DNA of 64,000 nucleotides from an uncultured Dehalococcoidia bacterium (GTDB lineage Bacteria; Chloroflexota; Dehalococcoidia; Lucifugimonadales; Australimonadaceae): the NCBI GenBank assembly GCA_958295525.1, contig OY282355.1, positions 1,487,504 to 1,551,503 of the forward strand. The letters are read 5' to 3'. How positions within the stretch are numbered: position 1 is the stretch's first letter; each line of letters opens with the position of its first letter. The translations under genes were made by a program, and so were the position numbers. Positions 50,901-60,083 of this stretch are shown here, one piece after another. The notes beneath the pieces were generated by a model. That model did no database searches, was not told where the DNA came from, and saw nothing but the letters and a program-made list of their open reading frames with translations.

Positions 50901-51926
50901 CTACCGCCCGCGCCTCGGGGCGATGGGAAGCGTTCCGGCGCGGGCGACCATTTCGGTCAGCGCCAGTTCGTCGGACGAGCCGGACTTCAGCGCAAGGTCG
51001 GTCTGCAAGAGCAGGCGGTAGAGCGCCGCGACCGCCTCGCGGGAGAAGCGCCGCGCCTGCTCCGAGGCTTTCCCCACCGCGAAGTCGGACGCGGTGCCCA
51101 GCCGCGGGCCCCACTCCTCGCGAGGAGCGTTGCGCGCCGCCAGTTCCTGCGCGAGCGCGATTCGCCGCGCCTGCCCCGTGATCAGCGCGATGAGATTCAG
51201 CCCCGTTTTCCCCTCGTCCAGCAACTGCTGCATCGTGGAGAGCGCCGCGTCCGGCCTGCGCTCCATAATCGCGTCCACGAGATCGAAGACGTTGGCCTCT
51301 TTCGCGCTGCTCACGAGCGCGCGAACGTCGTCCTCGCCGATGGCTCGATCGCCGCAGTAGATGGCGAGTTTCTCCAACTCGGAGTCCATCGTCCAAAGGT
51401 TGCCGCCGACCTGCTCCGCCAGCAGCGCGACGGCGCGGCGGTCTATGGCCGCGCCCTTCTGATCGGCGCGCTCCGCTATCCACGCGGCGAGTTGCGGCCC
51501 GCGCAGCAGAGGAAACTCCCGCGTTCGCGTCTGCCCGCCTCCGCCGACCGCAGCGACCGCTTTCAAGAACGGGTTGGCGGTGGAGAGTTTGCCTTCGAAG
51601 AAGACGACGTCCGAGGTGGGGGGAAGTTCGCCGAGAAGCGCGGCGAGTTCCGGCGGAGGCTTCGCCTGCGGGTTGTCCTGCCCGCGCCTGCCGCGCCGCT
51701 GCCCCGCTTCCGCCATCCCCATCAGCCCGCGCACGACGACGACCCGCCGGTCGGCGAGAAAAGGAACCACCATCGCCGCCGCGCCGAGTTTCTCGACGGA
51801 GAACGCGCCCGCTTCCAGCGTGGACACGTTGGAGTCGCGGACGTCGGGTGGCCCGACGGCGTCGAGCAACTCGCGCAGCGCCTCCGTCGCCGAGAACGAA
51901 TCGTCGCCGTGCAGAACGTAGATCAC
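50901..51926 (-). CDS. holA: DNA polymerase III subunit delta
   Basis: GTG start at 51926 gives (M)IYVLHGDDSFSATEALRELL..., the usual HolA N-terminus. The 109 upstream codons of the track ORF look non-coding. Confidence 0.75.
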   Translation of the reverse strand: MIYVLHGDDSFSATEALRELLDAVGPPDVRDSNVSTLEAGAFSVEKLGAAAMVVPFLADRRVVVVRGLMGMAEAGQRRGRRGQDNPQAKPPPELAALLGELPPTSDVVFFEGKLSTANPFLKAVAAVGGGGQTRTREFPLLRGPQLAAWIAERADQKGAAIDRRAVALLAEQVGGNLWTMDSELEKLAIYCGDRAIGEDDVRALVSSAKEANVFDLVDAIMERRPDAALSTMQQLLDEGKTGLNLIALITGQARRIALAQELAARNAPREEWGPRLGTASDFAVGKASEQARRFSREAVAALYRLLLQTDLALKSGSSDELALTEMVARAGTLPIAPRRGR

Positions 51927-51983
51927 TGCGCGCCGCCGCGCCGCCGCAGGCGTATAATTGCAATTGCGTAGGGAGAGCAAGTC

Positions 51984-52361
51984 ATGGCGTTGCTGATGCT
52001 GCTGAGGCGGCTCCTCACCGTAGTCTACCTGATGACGCATCCGGCGGTTCCGCTCCGCCTGAAGGCGCTGCCCGTGCTCGCGCTGCTCTACGTGCTCTTC
52101 CCCCGCGACGCCGTGTTCGACTTCCGCCCGTTCGGATTCCTCGACGATTTCGTCGTCGCGGGCCTGCTGGTCGGCGTGTTCACCTCCAAAGGATGGGAGC
52201 GCGTGCTGAACGCCAAGAACAAGCGCGAGGACGTCATCCCCGCCGACTTCCACGTGCTCGACCCCGACGCCCCGCCGTCAGCCGACCCGCCCTCATCCGG
52301 GCCCGACGCCCCGCCCTCAGCCGCGCCTGACGCTCCTCCCTCAGCCGACCTGCGGGCATAG
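51984..52361 (+). CDS. DUF1232 (YkvA-like) membrane protein with Pro/Ala-rich tail
   Basis: ALLYVLFPRDAVFDFRPFGFLDDFVVAGLLV fits the DUF1232 pattern. TATAAT at 51953-51958 and GGGAGAG lie upstream. Confidence 0.5.
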   Translation: MALLMLLRRLLTVVYLMTHPAVPLRLKALPVLALLYVLFPRDAVFDFRPFGFLDDFVVAGLLVGVFTSKGWERVLNAKNKREDVIPADFHVLDPDAPPSADPPSSGPDAPPSAAPDAPPSADLRA

Positions 52362-52371
52362 GCAACCCCCA

Positions 52372-52557
52372 TCGTTCCCGCCCCCTGCCCCGTCATTCCC
52401 GCGTAGGCGGGAACCTCGCCCCCGCTCCGTCATTCCCGCGAAGCAGGAACCTATTGGCCCCGTCATTCCCGCGTAGGCGGGAATCTCGCCCCCTGCTCCG
52501 TCATTCCTGCGAAGCAGGAACCTCCCACCCCGTCATTCCCGCGCAGGCGGGAACCCG
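52372..52557. repeat. array of five palindromic repeat cores at about 35-bp spacing
   Basis: CGTCATTCCCGCGTAGGCGGGAACC, CGTCATTCCCGCGAAGCAGGAACC, CGTCATTCCCGCGTAGGCGGGAATC, CGTCATTCCTGCGAAGCAGGAACC, CGTCATTCCCGCGCAGGCGGGAACC. Confidence 0.85.
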
Positions 52558-52633
52558 CCGCAGGGCGCTATAATGGCCTCGCGCCTGTGGGCGGCGGGGC
52601 CCGCACGCGCGCTACGAGAATGCGCAACGCCTA

Positions 52634-54193
52634 ATGACCACGAATCTTCGCCTTCGCTCCCCAACGCGCGCTTGGCGGAGCATAGCCGCCGCAGCGCCGC
52701 TCGCGCTGCTCGCCGCGTGCTCCGGCGCCGACGAGCCGTCTGCCACGCCCGCCGAAACGCCCGCGTCCACGCCGACCCAGTCAGCGGTTGCGGCGCCCGC
52801 GCCCACGCCGACCCGGTCAGCGGTTGCGGCGCCCGCGCCGACCGCCGCCCCCCTAGAGCGGACGGTGGGGCTGCTGCTCAACGAGCCCGAATCGTTCGCA
52901 GGCTACACGCTCTTCTCCAAAGAGGACTCCGCGAGCGGCGCGAACGCTTATCTGATCGACCATCAGGGGCGGCTCGTCCATCGGTGGCCGCTGGGCGAAC
53001 GGTTGCGTCCGGTGAACTTGCTCCCCAACGGCAACTTGCTCGCGGGGCGCGACGGCGCAGCCGAAATCGCCCCGGACGGCAGCGTCGTTTGGGAGTACGC
53101 TGACGAGGAGCAACACCACGACCTGCTGAAGTTGCCGAACGGGAACGTCTTGCTGCTTACGCGGCGAACGTTGACGAAAGACGAGGCCGTCGCCGCCGGC
53201 GCGAATCCCGACCTCGTCGGCGAGCAAGGCTTGCCCGGCGCGCGCGTGATCGAAGTTCGGCCAACCGGAGCCGCCGGCGGCGAAATCGTCTGGGAGTGGT
53301 CGGTCTTCGATCATCTCATTCAGGATTTCGATTCGTCCAAGCCCAACTACGACGCCGTCGAAGAGCATCCCGAACTCGTCGACCTCAACTTTACGCTGGC
53401 CGAGAGCGCCGCCGTCGCGCGCGAAGCCGCCCGGGAAACGTGGACGCACGCCAATTCGCTGGACTACAACGCGGAACTCGATCAGATAATGATCTCCGTC
53501 CGCCACTTCAGCGAGGTTTGGATCATCGACCACAGCGCGAGCGCGGAGGAGTCCGCCGGGCATAGCGGAGGCAACGCCGGCAAAGGCGGCGACCTCCTCT
53601 ACCGCTGGGGCAACCCGCGCGCCCACCGCGCCGGAACGTTCGCCGATCAGCGGCTTTTCTGGCAACACGACGCGCACTGGATTCCCGACGGCCTGCCCGG
53701 AGCGGGCAATATGCTCGTGTTCAACAACGGAAACGAATTTCTGCGGGACAGCCGCCGGTTCTATTCGACGGTGGACGAGGTCGCTCTCCCGGGCGAGGGC
53801 GCCGCCTACCGGCTGGAGCCTGGCTCCGCCTACGGGCCTTCCGGCCCCGCGTGGACCTACGCAGCCGGCCCGCCCCGCAGTTTCTACTCGCCCAACTTCT
53901 CCGGCGCGCAGCGGCTTCCGAACGGCAATACGCTGATCGCCAACGGCAACTTCGGCGTCATCTTCGAGGTCACGCCGGACGGAAGGAAGGTATGGGAGTA
54001 CGTCAACCCCGTCGCCGACCACGGCCCATTGCGTCAGGGAGAGACCGCGCCAATCGTGCAAGTCCGTAGGAGAGGAGTCGAGCGGCCCAGCAATCAGATG
54101 TACCGGGCGTACCGCTACGCTCCCGACTACCCCGGCCTGCAGGGGTTGGACCTCGCCTCGGGCGGCCTGATCGAACTGCCCGCCGCGCCGTAA
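52634..54193 (+). CDS. arylsulfotransferase (ASST) family lipoprotein
   Basis: Lipobox LLAAC-S and a Pro/Thr/Ala linker with a 36-nt tandem duplication. ASST-like propeller motifs (HHDLLKLPNGNVLLL, WTHANSLDYN, LPNGNTLIANG). Confidence 0.72.
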   Translation: MTTNLRLRSPTRAWRSIAAAAPLALLAACSGADEPSATPAETPASTPTQSAVAAPAPTPTRSAVAAPAPTAAPLERTVGLLLNEPESFAGYTLFSKEDSASGANAYLIDHQGRLVHRWPLGERLRPVNLLPNGNLLAGRDGAAEIAPDGSVVWEYADEEQHHDLLKLPNGNVLLLTRRTLTKDEAVAAGANPDLVGEQGLPGARVIEVRPTGAAGGEIVWEWSVFDHLIQDFDSSKPNYDAVEEHPELVDLNFTLAESAAVAREAARETWTHANSLDYNAELDQIMISVRHFSEVWIIDHSASAEESAGHSGGNAGKGGDLLYRWGNPRAHRAGTFADQRLFWQHDAHWIPDGLPGAGNMLVFNNGNEFLRDSRRFYSTVDEVALPGEGAAYRLEPGSAYGPSGPAWTYAAGPPRSFYSPNFSGAQRLPNGNTLIANGNFGVIFEVTPDGRKVWEYVNPVADHGPLRQGETAPIVQVRRRGVERPSNQMYRAYRYAPDYPGLQGLDLASGGLIELPAAP

Positions 54194-54221
54194 CTCGCCC
54201 CGCCCGCAACGACGGCTCCCC

Positions 54222-54485
54222 CCTGTCCTGTCATTCCCGTAGGTGGGAATCTCGCCCCCTGTCCCGTCATTCCCGCGTAGGCGGGAATCCAGCGGCGCGC
54301 CAGCGCCGGACGAGGCGCGTAGCGCCTCGTCTCCAAATTCACCCCAGGCGCCACGTCATTCCCGCGAAAGCGGGAACCTACTGCCGCGCCCCTGCGAAAG
54401 CGGGATCCTACCGGATAACGCCATTCCTCCCATCGCCGTCCCCGCCCCCCATCGTCATTCCCGCGTAGGCGGGAATCTCGCCCCC
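54222..54485. repeat. array of about five palindromic repeat cores between convergent genes
   Basis: TGTCATTCCCGTAGGTGGGAATC, CGTCATTCCCGCGTAGGCGGGAATCC, GGACGAGGCGCGTAGCGCCTCGTCTCC, CGTCATTCCCGCGAAAGCGGGAACC, CGTCATTCCCGCGTAGGCGGGAATC. Confidence 0.85.
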
Positions 54486-54488
54486 GGA

Positions 54489-55613
54489 TCAGCCCGACCC
54501 GACGCCCTCGACGGCGAACCGCTCCTCCTCAGGAGGCGAGGCTTGCTCGCGCTCGTTCCATCCCCAGCAGGCGGCTGCTCCGTCGGCGCCGAGCGCGCAG
54601 GAGAAGGCTCCGCCGCTGCTGACGGCGGAGAAGTTCCGGCCTTGCGGAGGCGACGTCTGGCCATATGGGTCGTCTCCCCAGCAGACGGGCGAACCGTCGG
54701 GGCGGAGCGCGCAAGTGTGCGCCCCGCCTGCGCTGACGGACGCGAACCGCTCGCTCTCCGGCGGCGACGCCTGCCCCCATAAGTCCCGTCCCCAACACAC
54801 GGGCGCGCCGTCGGGACGGAGCGCGCACGTGTGCTCCCCGCCTGCGCTGACGGACGCGAACCGCTCGCCTTCCGGCGGCGACGCTTGGCCGGAGGTATCG
54901 TCTCCCCAGCAGACCGGCGAGCCGTCAGGGCGGAGCGCGCACGTATGCGAGTCGCCTGCGCTGATGGCCGCAAACTGCTCGCCCTTCGGCGGCGACGCTT
55001 GGCCGAATTGGTCGTCCCCCCAGCAAACGGGAACGCCGTTGAGCCGGATCGCGCAGGAGTGCCCCAAGCCGCCTCTGACGTCTGCGAACCGCTCGCCTTC
55101 CGGCGGCGACGCCTGGCCGGAGCCATCGTCTCCCCAGCAGACCGGCGAGCCGTCGGCAAGAAGCGCGCACGTGTGGAAACCGCCGACGCTGACGGACACG
55201 AACTTTTGCCCCTGCGGGGGCGCCGTTTGGCCGAATTCGCTGTCTCCCCAGCAGACGGGCGAGCCGTCGGGAAGGAGCGCGCAGGCGTGCAACCCGCCGG
55301 CGCCGATGGCCGAGCGCCTGAGCGGCGCGCGGTACGAAGAGGGCGTCGGCGTCGAGTCAGGCGCCGGACCCGGCGTGGAAGTCGGCGCGGAGGCGGAGGT
55401 TGGCGTCGGAGTCAACGCCTGCGTGGTTGCGGAGGTTGGCGTCGGAGTCAACGCCTGCGCGGTTGCAGAGGTTGGCGTCGGCGCGGTTGCGGAAGTCGGC
55501 GCGATGGTTGGCGTCGGAGTGGGCGTAGGTTCCGACCGGCAAGCGGCGAACGCCGACAGCGAAGCGGCAGCGAAAAGCAAGAAGGCGGCGAGGCCGAGCA
55601 TATTGCCTAGCAT
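54489..55613 (-). CDS. RCC1-like repeat lipoprotein
   Basis: Start MLGNMLG at 55613. Lipobox SAFAAC-R and a Pro/Thr linker. Seven to eight repeats of about 37 aa: F..VS.G..HTCALRPDGSPVCWGDD..GQASPP.GE. Confidence 0.75.
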   Translation of the reverse strand: MLGNMLGLAAFLLFAAASLSAFAACRSEPTPTPTPTIAPTSATAPTPTSATAQALTPTPTSATTQALTPTPTSASAPTSTPGPAPDSTPTPSSYRAPLRRSAIGAGGLHACALLPDGSPVCWGDSEFGQTAPPQGQKFVSVSVGGFHTCALLADGSPVCWGDDGSGQASPPEGERFADVRGGLGHSCAIRLNGVPVCWGDDQFGQASPPKGEQFAAISAGDSHTCALRPDGSPVCWGDDTSGQASPPEGERFASVSAGGEHTCALRPDGAPVCWGRDLWGQASPPESERFASVSAGGAHTCALRPDGSPVCWGDDPYGQTSPPQGRNFSAVSSGGAFSCALGADGAAACWGWNEREQASPPEEERFAVEGVGSG

Positions 55614-55843
55614 AGCCCAGCCGGGGGCGGCGCTGCGAGGCAATTCATCAGCGGCGAAGGAACGATTTGGAGCGCGGATTTCGCGGTGAGAAGATAGCCG
55701 CGCCGCGCTGGTGCGCCTCCGATTCCCGCCTACGCGGTCAAGGTGGAAATTATGCAAGGCTCCGCATGCGGAAAGGTTCTACATGCGGAAAATGCGACAC
55801 GCGCCCCTTGCGCGGTCGGCGCTCGCCCGGCGACGATAGGCGT

Positions 55844-57238
55844 ATGACGCGCAACACGCTCACGAAAACGACCTTTCTCTGCCGGGATTGCGGCCACTCC
55901 TCGCCGAAGTGGAACGGACGCTGCGCGGCCTGCGGCGCTTGGGGAACGCTCGCCGAATTCGCCGAGCCCAAAGCCCGCGCCGCCCGCCGCGCTCCCTCCT
56001 TCCGCGCCTGCGCCGACGCTGCCCCCGCTCCCGCTCCCCTCCTCGAGCAGCCCTCCTCCGACGGCGCGCGCATGAGTTCCGGCCTCGCCGAGACCGACCG
56101 GCTGCTCGGCGGCGGCTTCGTCGCGGGCTCCGCCGTTCTGCTCGCGGGCGACCCCGGCATCGGCAAGTCCACGATCCTTATGCAAGCGGCGGGCTTCATC
56201 GCGGAATCGGGGAACGACGTCCTCTACGTGTCGGGCGAGGAGTCCGGGGCGCAGGTGCGGCTCCGCGCCGAGCGGCTCGGCGTCCGCAGCCCCCGCGTGC
56301 TCTTCTCCGACGAAACCGACGCCCTGACGATAGCCGCGATGCTCGAGCGCGAACGCCCCGCGCTCCTCATCGTGGACTCCATCCAAACGCTCTCCTCGCC
56401 GGACGCTCAGTCGGCGGCGGGCAGCGTCGCCCAGACCCGCGAGTGCGCCCAAATCCTCATCGGCGCCGCCAAACGGACGAACGTTCCCCTCGTGATGACC
56501 GGCCACGTGACGAAAGACGGGAACATCGCAGGGCCGCGCGTGCTCGAGCATATGGTGGACGTCGTGCTGGCGATGGAGGGCGAGCCCGCAGGCGCGCTCC
56601 GCGTTCTGCGCTGCCCCAAGAACCGCTTCGGCGCGGCCAACGGCGTCGCCCTCTTCGAAATGCGGAACGACGGCCTCGCCGAAGTGCGCGACCCCTCCGC
56701 CCTCCTCGTCGCCGAGCGCGACCTTTCCGCCCCGGGCTCGGCGGTCGCCGTCACGATGCAAGGCAGCCGGCCCCTCCTCTGCGAAGTGCAGGCGCTGACG
56801 AATCCGTCCGCGTTCAGCCCGCCCCGACGCGCCGCCACCGGCGTCGACTTCAACCGGATGGCGATGCTGACCGCCGTCCTCTCGCGCCGAGCGAGAATCG
56901 CGGTGGGCAATCAAGACGTGCTCGTGAACGTCCCCAGCGGCCTCCACGCCGCCGAGCCCGCCCTCGACCTCGCCATAGCGGCCGCCATCGCCTCCAGTTA
57001 TATGGACGCGCCCATCCATCCGGCGACCGTCGTCATCGGCGAGGTCGGGCTGAACAGCGAAACCCGCAGCGTCTCCCATTTGGAGCGGCGGCTGGAGGAG
57101 GCGGCGCGGCACGGCTACGAGCGCGCCGTCGTTCCCGAGGCCGCGCTGCGCTCGCTCGCGCCTCAGCCCGGCGTCGAGGCCATAGGCGCCGCGAATGTCC
57201 GCGCAGCCCTCGCCGCCGCCATCCCCGCGTCCGGCTAG
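55844..57238 (+). CDS. radA: DNA repair protein RadA/Sms
   Basis: ATG at 55844. Zinc finger CRDCGHSSPKWNGRCAACGAW, Walker A GDPGIGKST, KNRFG motif, Lon-like C-terminus. Confidence 0.92.
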   Translation: MTRNTLTKTTFLCRDCGHSSPKWNGRCAACGAWGTLAEFAEPKARAARRAPSFRACADAAPAPAPLLEQPSSDGARMSSGLAETDRLLGGGFVAGSAVLLAGDPGIGKSTILMQAAGFIAESGNDVLYVSGEESGAQVRLRAERLGVRSPRVLFSDETDALTIAAMLERERPALLIVDSIQTLSSPDAQSAAGSVAQTRECAQILIGAAKRTNVPLVMTGHVTKDGNIAGPRVLEHMVDVVLAMEGEPAGALRVLRCPKNRFGAANGVALFEMRNDGLAEVRDPSALLVAERDLSAPGSAVAVTMQGSRPLLCEVQALTNPSAFSPPRRAATGVDFNRMAMLTAVLSRRARIAVGNQDVLVNVPSGLHAAEPALDLAIAAAIASSYMDAPIHPATVVIGEVGLNSETRSVSHLERRLEEAARHGYERAVVPEAALRSLAPQPGVEAIGAANVRAALAAAIPASG

Positions 57239-57315
57239 GCGCTGTTCGCGCAGGATGCGAGATCACAAGTAGGCGAGACAATCCTGCGAAAGGCGTCCGC
57301 CCGCCCGAAAGCCGG

Positions 57316-58242
57316 CTAGCGCCTCGCGGCGCCCGCCGATCCGCACACGAGCGTCACCCAATCGTCGTCCCGATGCTCCTCGATGATAGCGAGCCCCGCT
57401 GCGGCGAAAGCGTCCACGACCTGGCCGCGCCGCTCCTGCAAGACGCCGGAGGCGACGAGCCGCCCGCCGTCCGCCGCCGCGCGGCGCAACTCCGGCGCGA
57501 GGTTGGCGAGCGCGACGGAGTTGACGTTGGCGAGCGTGAGATTCGCCCAGCCGGGAGGCACGCGCTCGTTGGGGAGCGTCCCCGCGTAGAGGCGAACGGC
57601 CCCGGAGACGCCGTTGGCCCGAACGTTGGCGCGCCCCGCCTTGAGCGCCACGCGGTCGATCTCCACGCCAAGAACGCGCGACGCCCCCAACTTCGCCGCG
57701 CCGATGCTCAGCACGCCGGAGCCCGCGCCGACGTCCAGCACGGCGTCCCCGGGGCGCAGCAATTGCTCCATGCAGGCGAGCGTCCGGTTCGTCGTGGGGT
57801 GGTGGCCGGTGCCGAACGCGAGGCCGGGGTCTATCTCGATGACGACGTCGCCGGGCCCGGCCTCGTCGCGCAGCCAGGGCGGCTGCACCAGCAAACGCTC
57901 GCCGACGCGCAGCGGTGTGAAATGCGCCTTCCACGCCTCCTCCCACTCGCGCTCCTGAATCTCGCGCTCCTCCAGCGGCGGCAGGTCGGTGAGTTTGCCC
58001 ACGAGTTGTAGGCCGATGTGGACGAGTTCGCGGTTGCGCCGGTAGGCGGCGGTCTGCGGCATATAGGCGCGGATGATCGCGCTCTGACGCGGAGGCGGAG
58101 ACTCGCCCTCGTCCGGGTTCCACCCGCCCGCCTCCTCGATGGCGACGCCGCCCTTTCCGTAGCGACGGAAAAGTTCCGCGACCGGCTCCACGAACTCGAA
58201 AGGAACGCGGACTTTCAGTTCCAGCCAGGAGCGGGGGGTCAT
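57316..58242 (-). CDS. prmA: ribosomal protein L11 methyltransferase
   Basis: WLELKVRVPFEFVEPVAELF...GVAIEE and AdoMet motif VLDVGAGSGVLSIGAAKLGA..VLGVEID. Confidence 0.9.
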   Translation of the reverse strand: MTPRSWLELKVRVPFEFVEPVAELFRRYGKGGVAIEEAGGWNPDEGESPPPRQSAIIRAYMPQTAAYRRNRELVHIGLQLVGKLTDLPPLEEREIQEREWEEAWKAHFTPLRVGERLLVQPPWLRDEAGPGDVVIEIDPGLAFGTGHHPTTNRTLACMEQLLRPGDAVLDVGAGSGVLSIGAAKLGASRVLGVEIDRVALKAGRANVRANGVSGAVRLYAGTLPNERVPPGWANLTLANVNSVALANLAPELRRAAADGGRLVASGVLQERRGQVVDAFAAAGLAIIEEHRDDDWVTLVCGSAGAARR

Positions 58243-58874
58243 GGGACGGCCCTCGGCGTCACGATTGGCGCGCCGCCGTCTACCGCATCGAGCAATTCTA
58301 TCAGCGCATGCTCCATCCGGCGGAAGGAACGTGATCGGCGAGCAATCATTTCAAGGTCGACAACAGCCGCTAGAGCGGGTTGATCTGTGGGCTCGGTATA
58401 GGAACTGGAACGCTCCATATTCCTTTGCAGCCATCCCTTCGGGTTTCTTGTTGCGTCGGGGTCATCAGGGCCGCGAACACCAGAGGTCAACTGCAGTTTC
58501 ACGCGAACAGGGTTGTCAGGGCTCTCGTCCAACGCGGCGATGAACCAGGCTTCGAACTCGTAATGAGGAACCACAGTAGCGATGGGGACTTGCAAACCCA
58601 ACGCGGCTGCTCGAGCGGACAGACTCTTCGCCAAATCAACCGGGCAGTCGTGGTCGGCGTCAACGACCACCAGGATGGCGCAGCAGTCCTTGTCGAAGCG
58701 TGCGTACTGGACGAAGTCCTCGAATCGCTTCAGGAGAGTCGACTTCCCCCCTGTGTTCTGGATCCGGCCCATCCGCACATCCCAGCGCGTATGAGAATTC
58801 AACAGGCGATCCGCCAGTATGCGGACTGACGGCGCATCCCCTTGGCCTTCAACGATTGCGCTAATCTTCATCAT
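58239..58874 (-). CDS. DUF4276 family protein (Toprim-like E...DxD signature)
   Basis: 211 aa. N-terminal ISAIVEGQGD, then AILVVVDADHDC and YEFEAWFIA, the pattern I associate with DUF4276. ATGA overlap with the prmA start and 14-nt overlap with the upstream ATPase gene. Confidence 0.7.
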   Translation of the reverse strand: MMKISAIVEGQGDAPSVRILADRLLNSHTRWDVRMGRIQNTGGKSTLLKRFEDFVQYARFDKDCCAILVVVDADHDCPVDLAKSLSARAAALGLQVPIATVVPHYEFEAWFIAALDESPDNPVRVKLQLTSGVRGPDDPDATRNPKGWLQRNMERSSSYTEPTDQPALAAVVDLEMIARRSRSFRRMEHALIELLDAVDGGAPIVTPRAVP

Positions 58875-60039
58875 TTGTCAGCTCTGGCTCAAGCCCTTCC
58901 CTCTGGTGCAGTTCGCCAAGCGTGAAGAGTTCTTCCCGCATAGCCCTAAGTTGACGGTTAGACACAGTACCAACCTGAGTGGTTCCGTCCTCAAATTTGA
59001 CGGCGCGAATAGATTGGGGGGGCAACGGATCTATAAGGTCAGGGCTGTGCGTTGTGATCAGCACTTGCGTCTCCGGCGTTACTGACTGCAGATAATGCGC
59101 CAATTTGGAAGCGGCGCCCGGGTGCACGTTCAATTCCGGTTCCTCTAGCGCAACGAATCGGGGAGCAGGGCGCTGGTGGATTGCCAGCAGAATGCCGAGG
59201 AGGCGAAGCGTGCCATCCGACTCTTGGTCGCCACCTATCCATGAAGGGGTCTCGTGTCCACCGGCGTCACGACGCTGAATTCGAGTAACCAAATAGCCGG
59301 TTGAAAGCCGGACGTCAACGCCGACGACGCCGGGGACAAGCAATCCTAACGCTTCCACAACCTGATGGAATTGATCAGGCGAACCTTTCTTGAGTTGGTG
59401 CAGCAACGATGCCGAATTTTCACCATTCTCACTCAGCGGATAGGGCGTGACTTGCTTCTGAATCCCTCCAATGGCCGCAGGCGATATGCTGTAGAAGCGC
59501 AGATCTTGCATTCGCCGTAGGAACGATCTCACCGCCATGCCGCGCGGATCACGGATGGTCAACCGAGGAGGCAACGAACGCAAAACCAGTTCAGTCGGCT
59601 CGAATTCAACATCATCTCGTACAAGGTCTCTGGGGTGCGTCAACTTTCCGTTTTTGACCCGGTATTCAAAGGGGGCGCGCTCTCTGGGCAACTGGAATTT
59701 CCCGCACTCCTGGCTCACCGCATAGGTTCCGCCCGGCTTCGCGGCTAGGGTGAACCTGTACTCGACGTTGGCAGGGGTCTGCATTGTCAGCCCGACTTCA
59801 ATGTTGCGTGGGCGGCTAGGCGACCAACGGCGGATCGCTTCTATGCCCCCGCGGCTGGAGACTGCCCGGTCAAGATCTATCGTGAGCGCGTCGGATATGA
59901 ACCTGGGAATGTCCACCAAGTTGCTTTTGCCCGCCGCGTTGCGCCCCACAAGCGCTGTGATCGGGCCGAGTTCAAGGCGCGCTTCGCCGATGGAACGATA
60001 GTTCCTCGCGTGGACGGCGCTGATGAACGGATCTTGCAT
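58861..60039 (-). CDS. ABC/SMC-like AAA ATPase (AAA_15/AAA_21 type)
   Basis: Start MQDPFISAV at 60039. Walker A GRNAAGKSN, signature-like ESDGTLRLLG, Walker B RFVALEEPELNVHP, H-loop ITTHSPDL. The 231 upstream codons of the track ORF are Arg/Gly-rich antisense of dnaJ. Confidence 0.75.
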   Translation of the reverse strand: MQDPFISAVHARNYRSIGEARLELGPITALVGRNAAGKSNLVDIPRFISDALTIDLDRAVSSRGGIEAIRRWSPSRPRNIEVGLTMQTPANVEYRFTLAAKPGGTYAVSQECGKFQLPRERAPFEYRVKNGKLTHPRDLVRDDVEFEPTELVLRSLPPRLTIRDPRGMAVRSFLRRMQDLRFYSISPAAIGGIQKQVTPYPLSENGENSASLLHQLKKGSPDQFHQVVEALGLLVPGVVGVDVRLSTGYLVTRIQRRDAGGHETPSWIGGDQESDGTLRLLGILLAIHQRPAPRFVALEEPELNVHPGAASKLAHYLQSVTPETQVLITTHSPDLIDPLPPQSIRAVKFEDGTTQVGTVSNRQLRAMREELFTLGELHQREGLEPELTNDED

Positions 60040-60083
60040 GCTTATGGCCTCAGGCGGAAGTCTACCACAGGCTCGCCCGCGCC

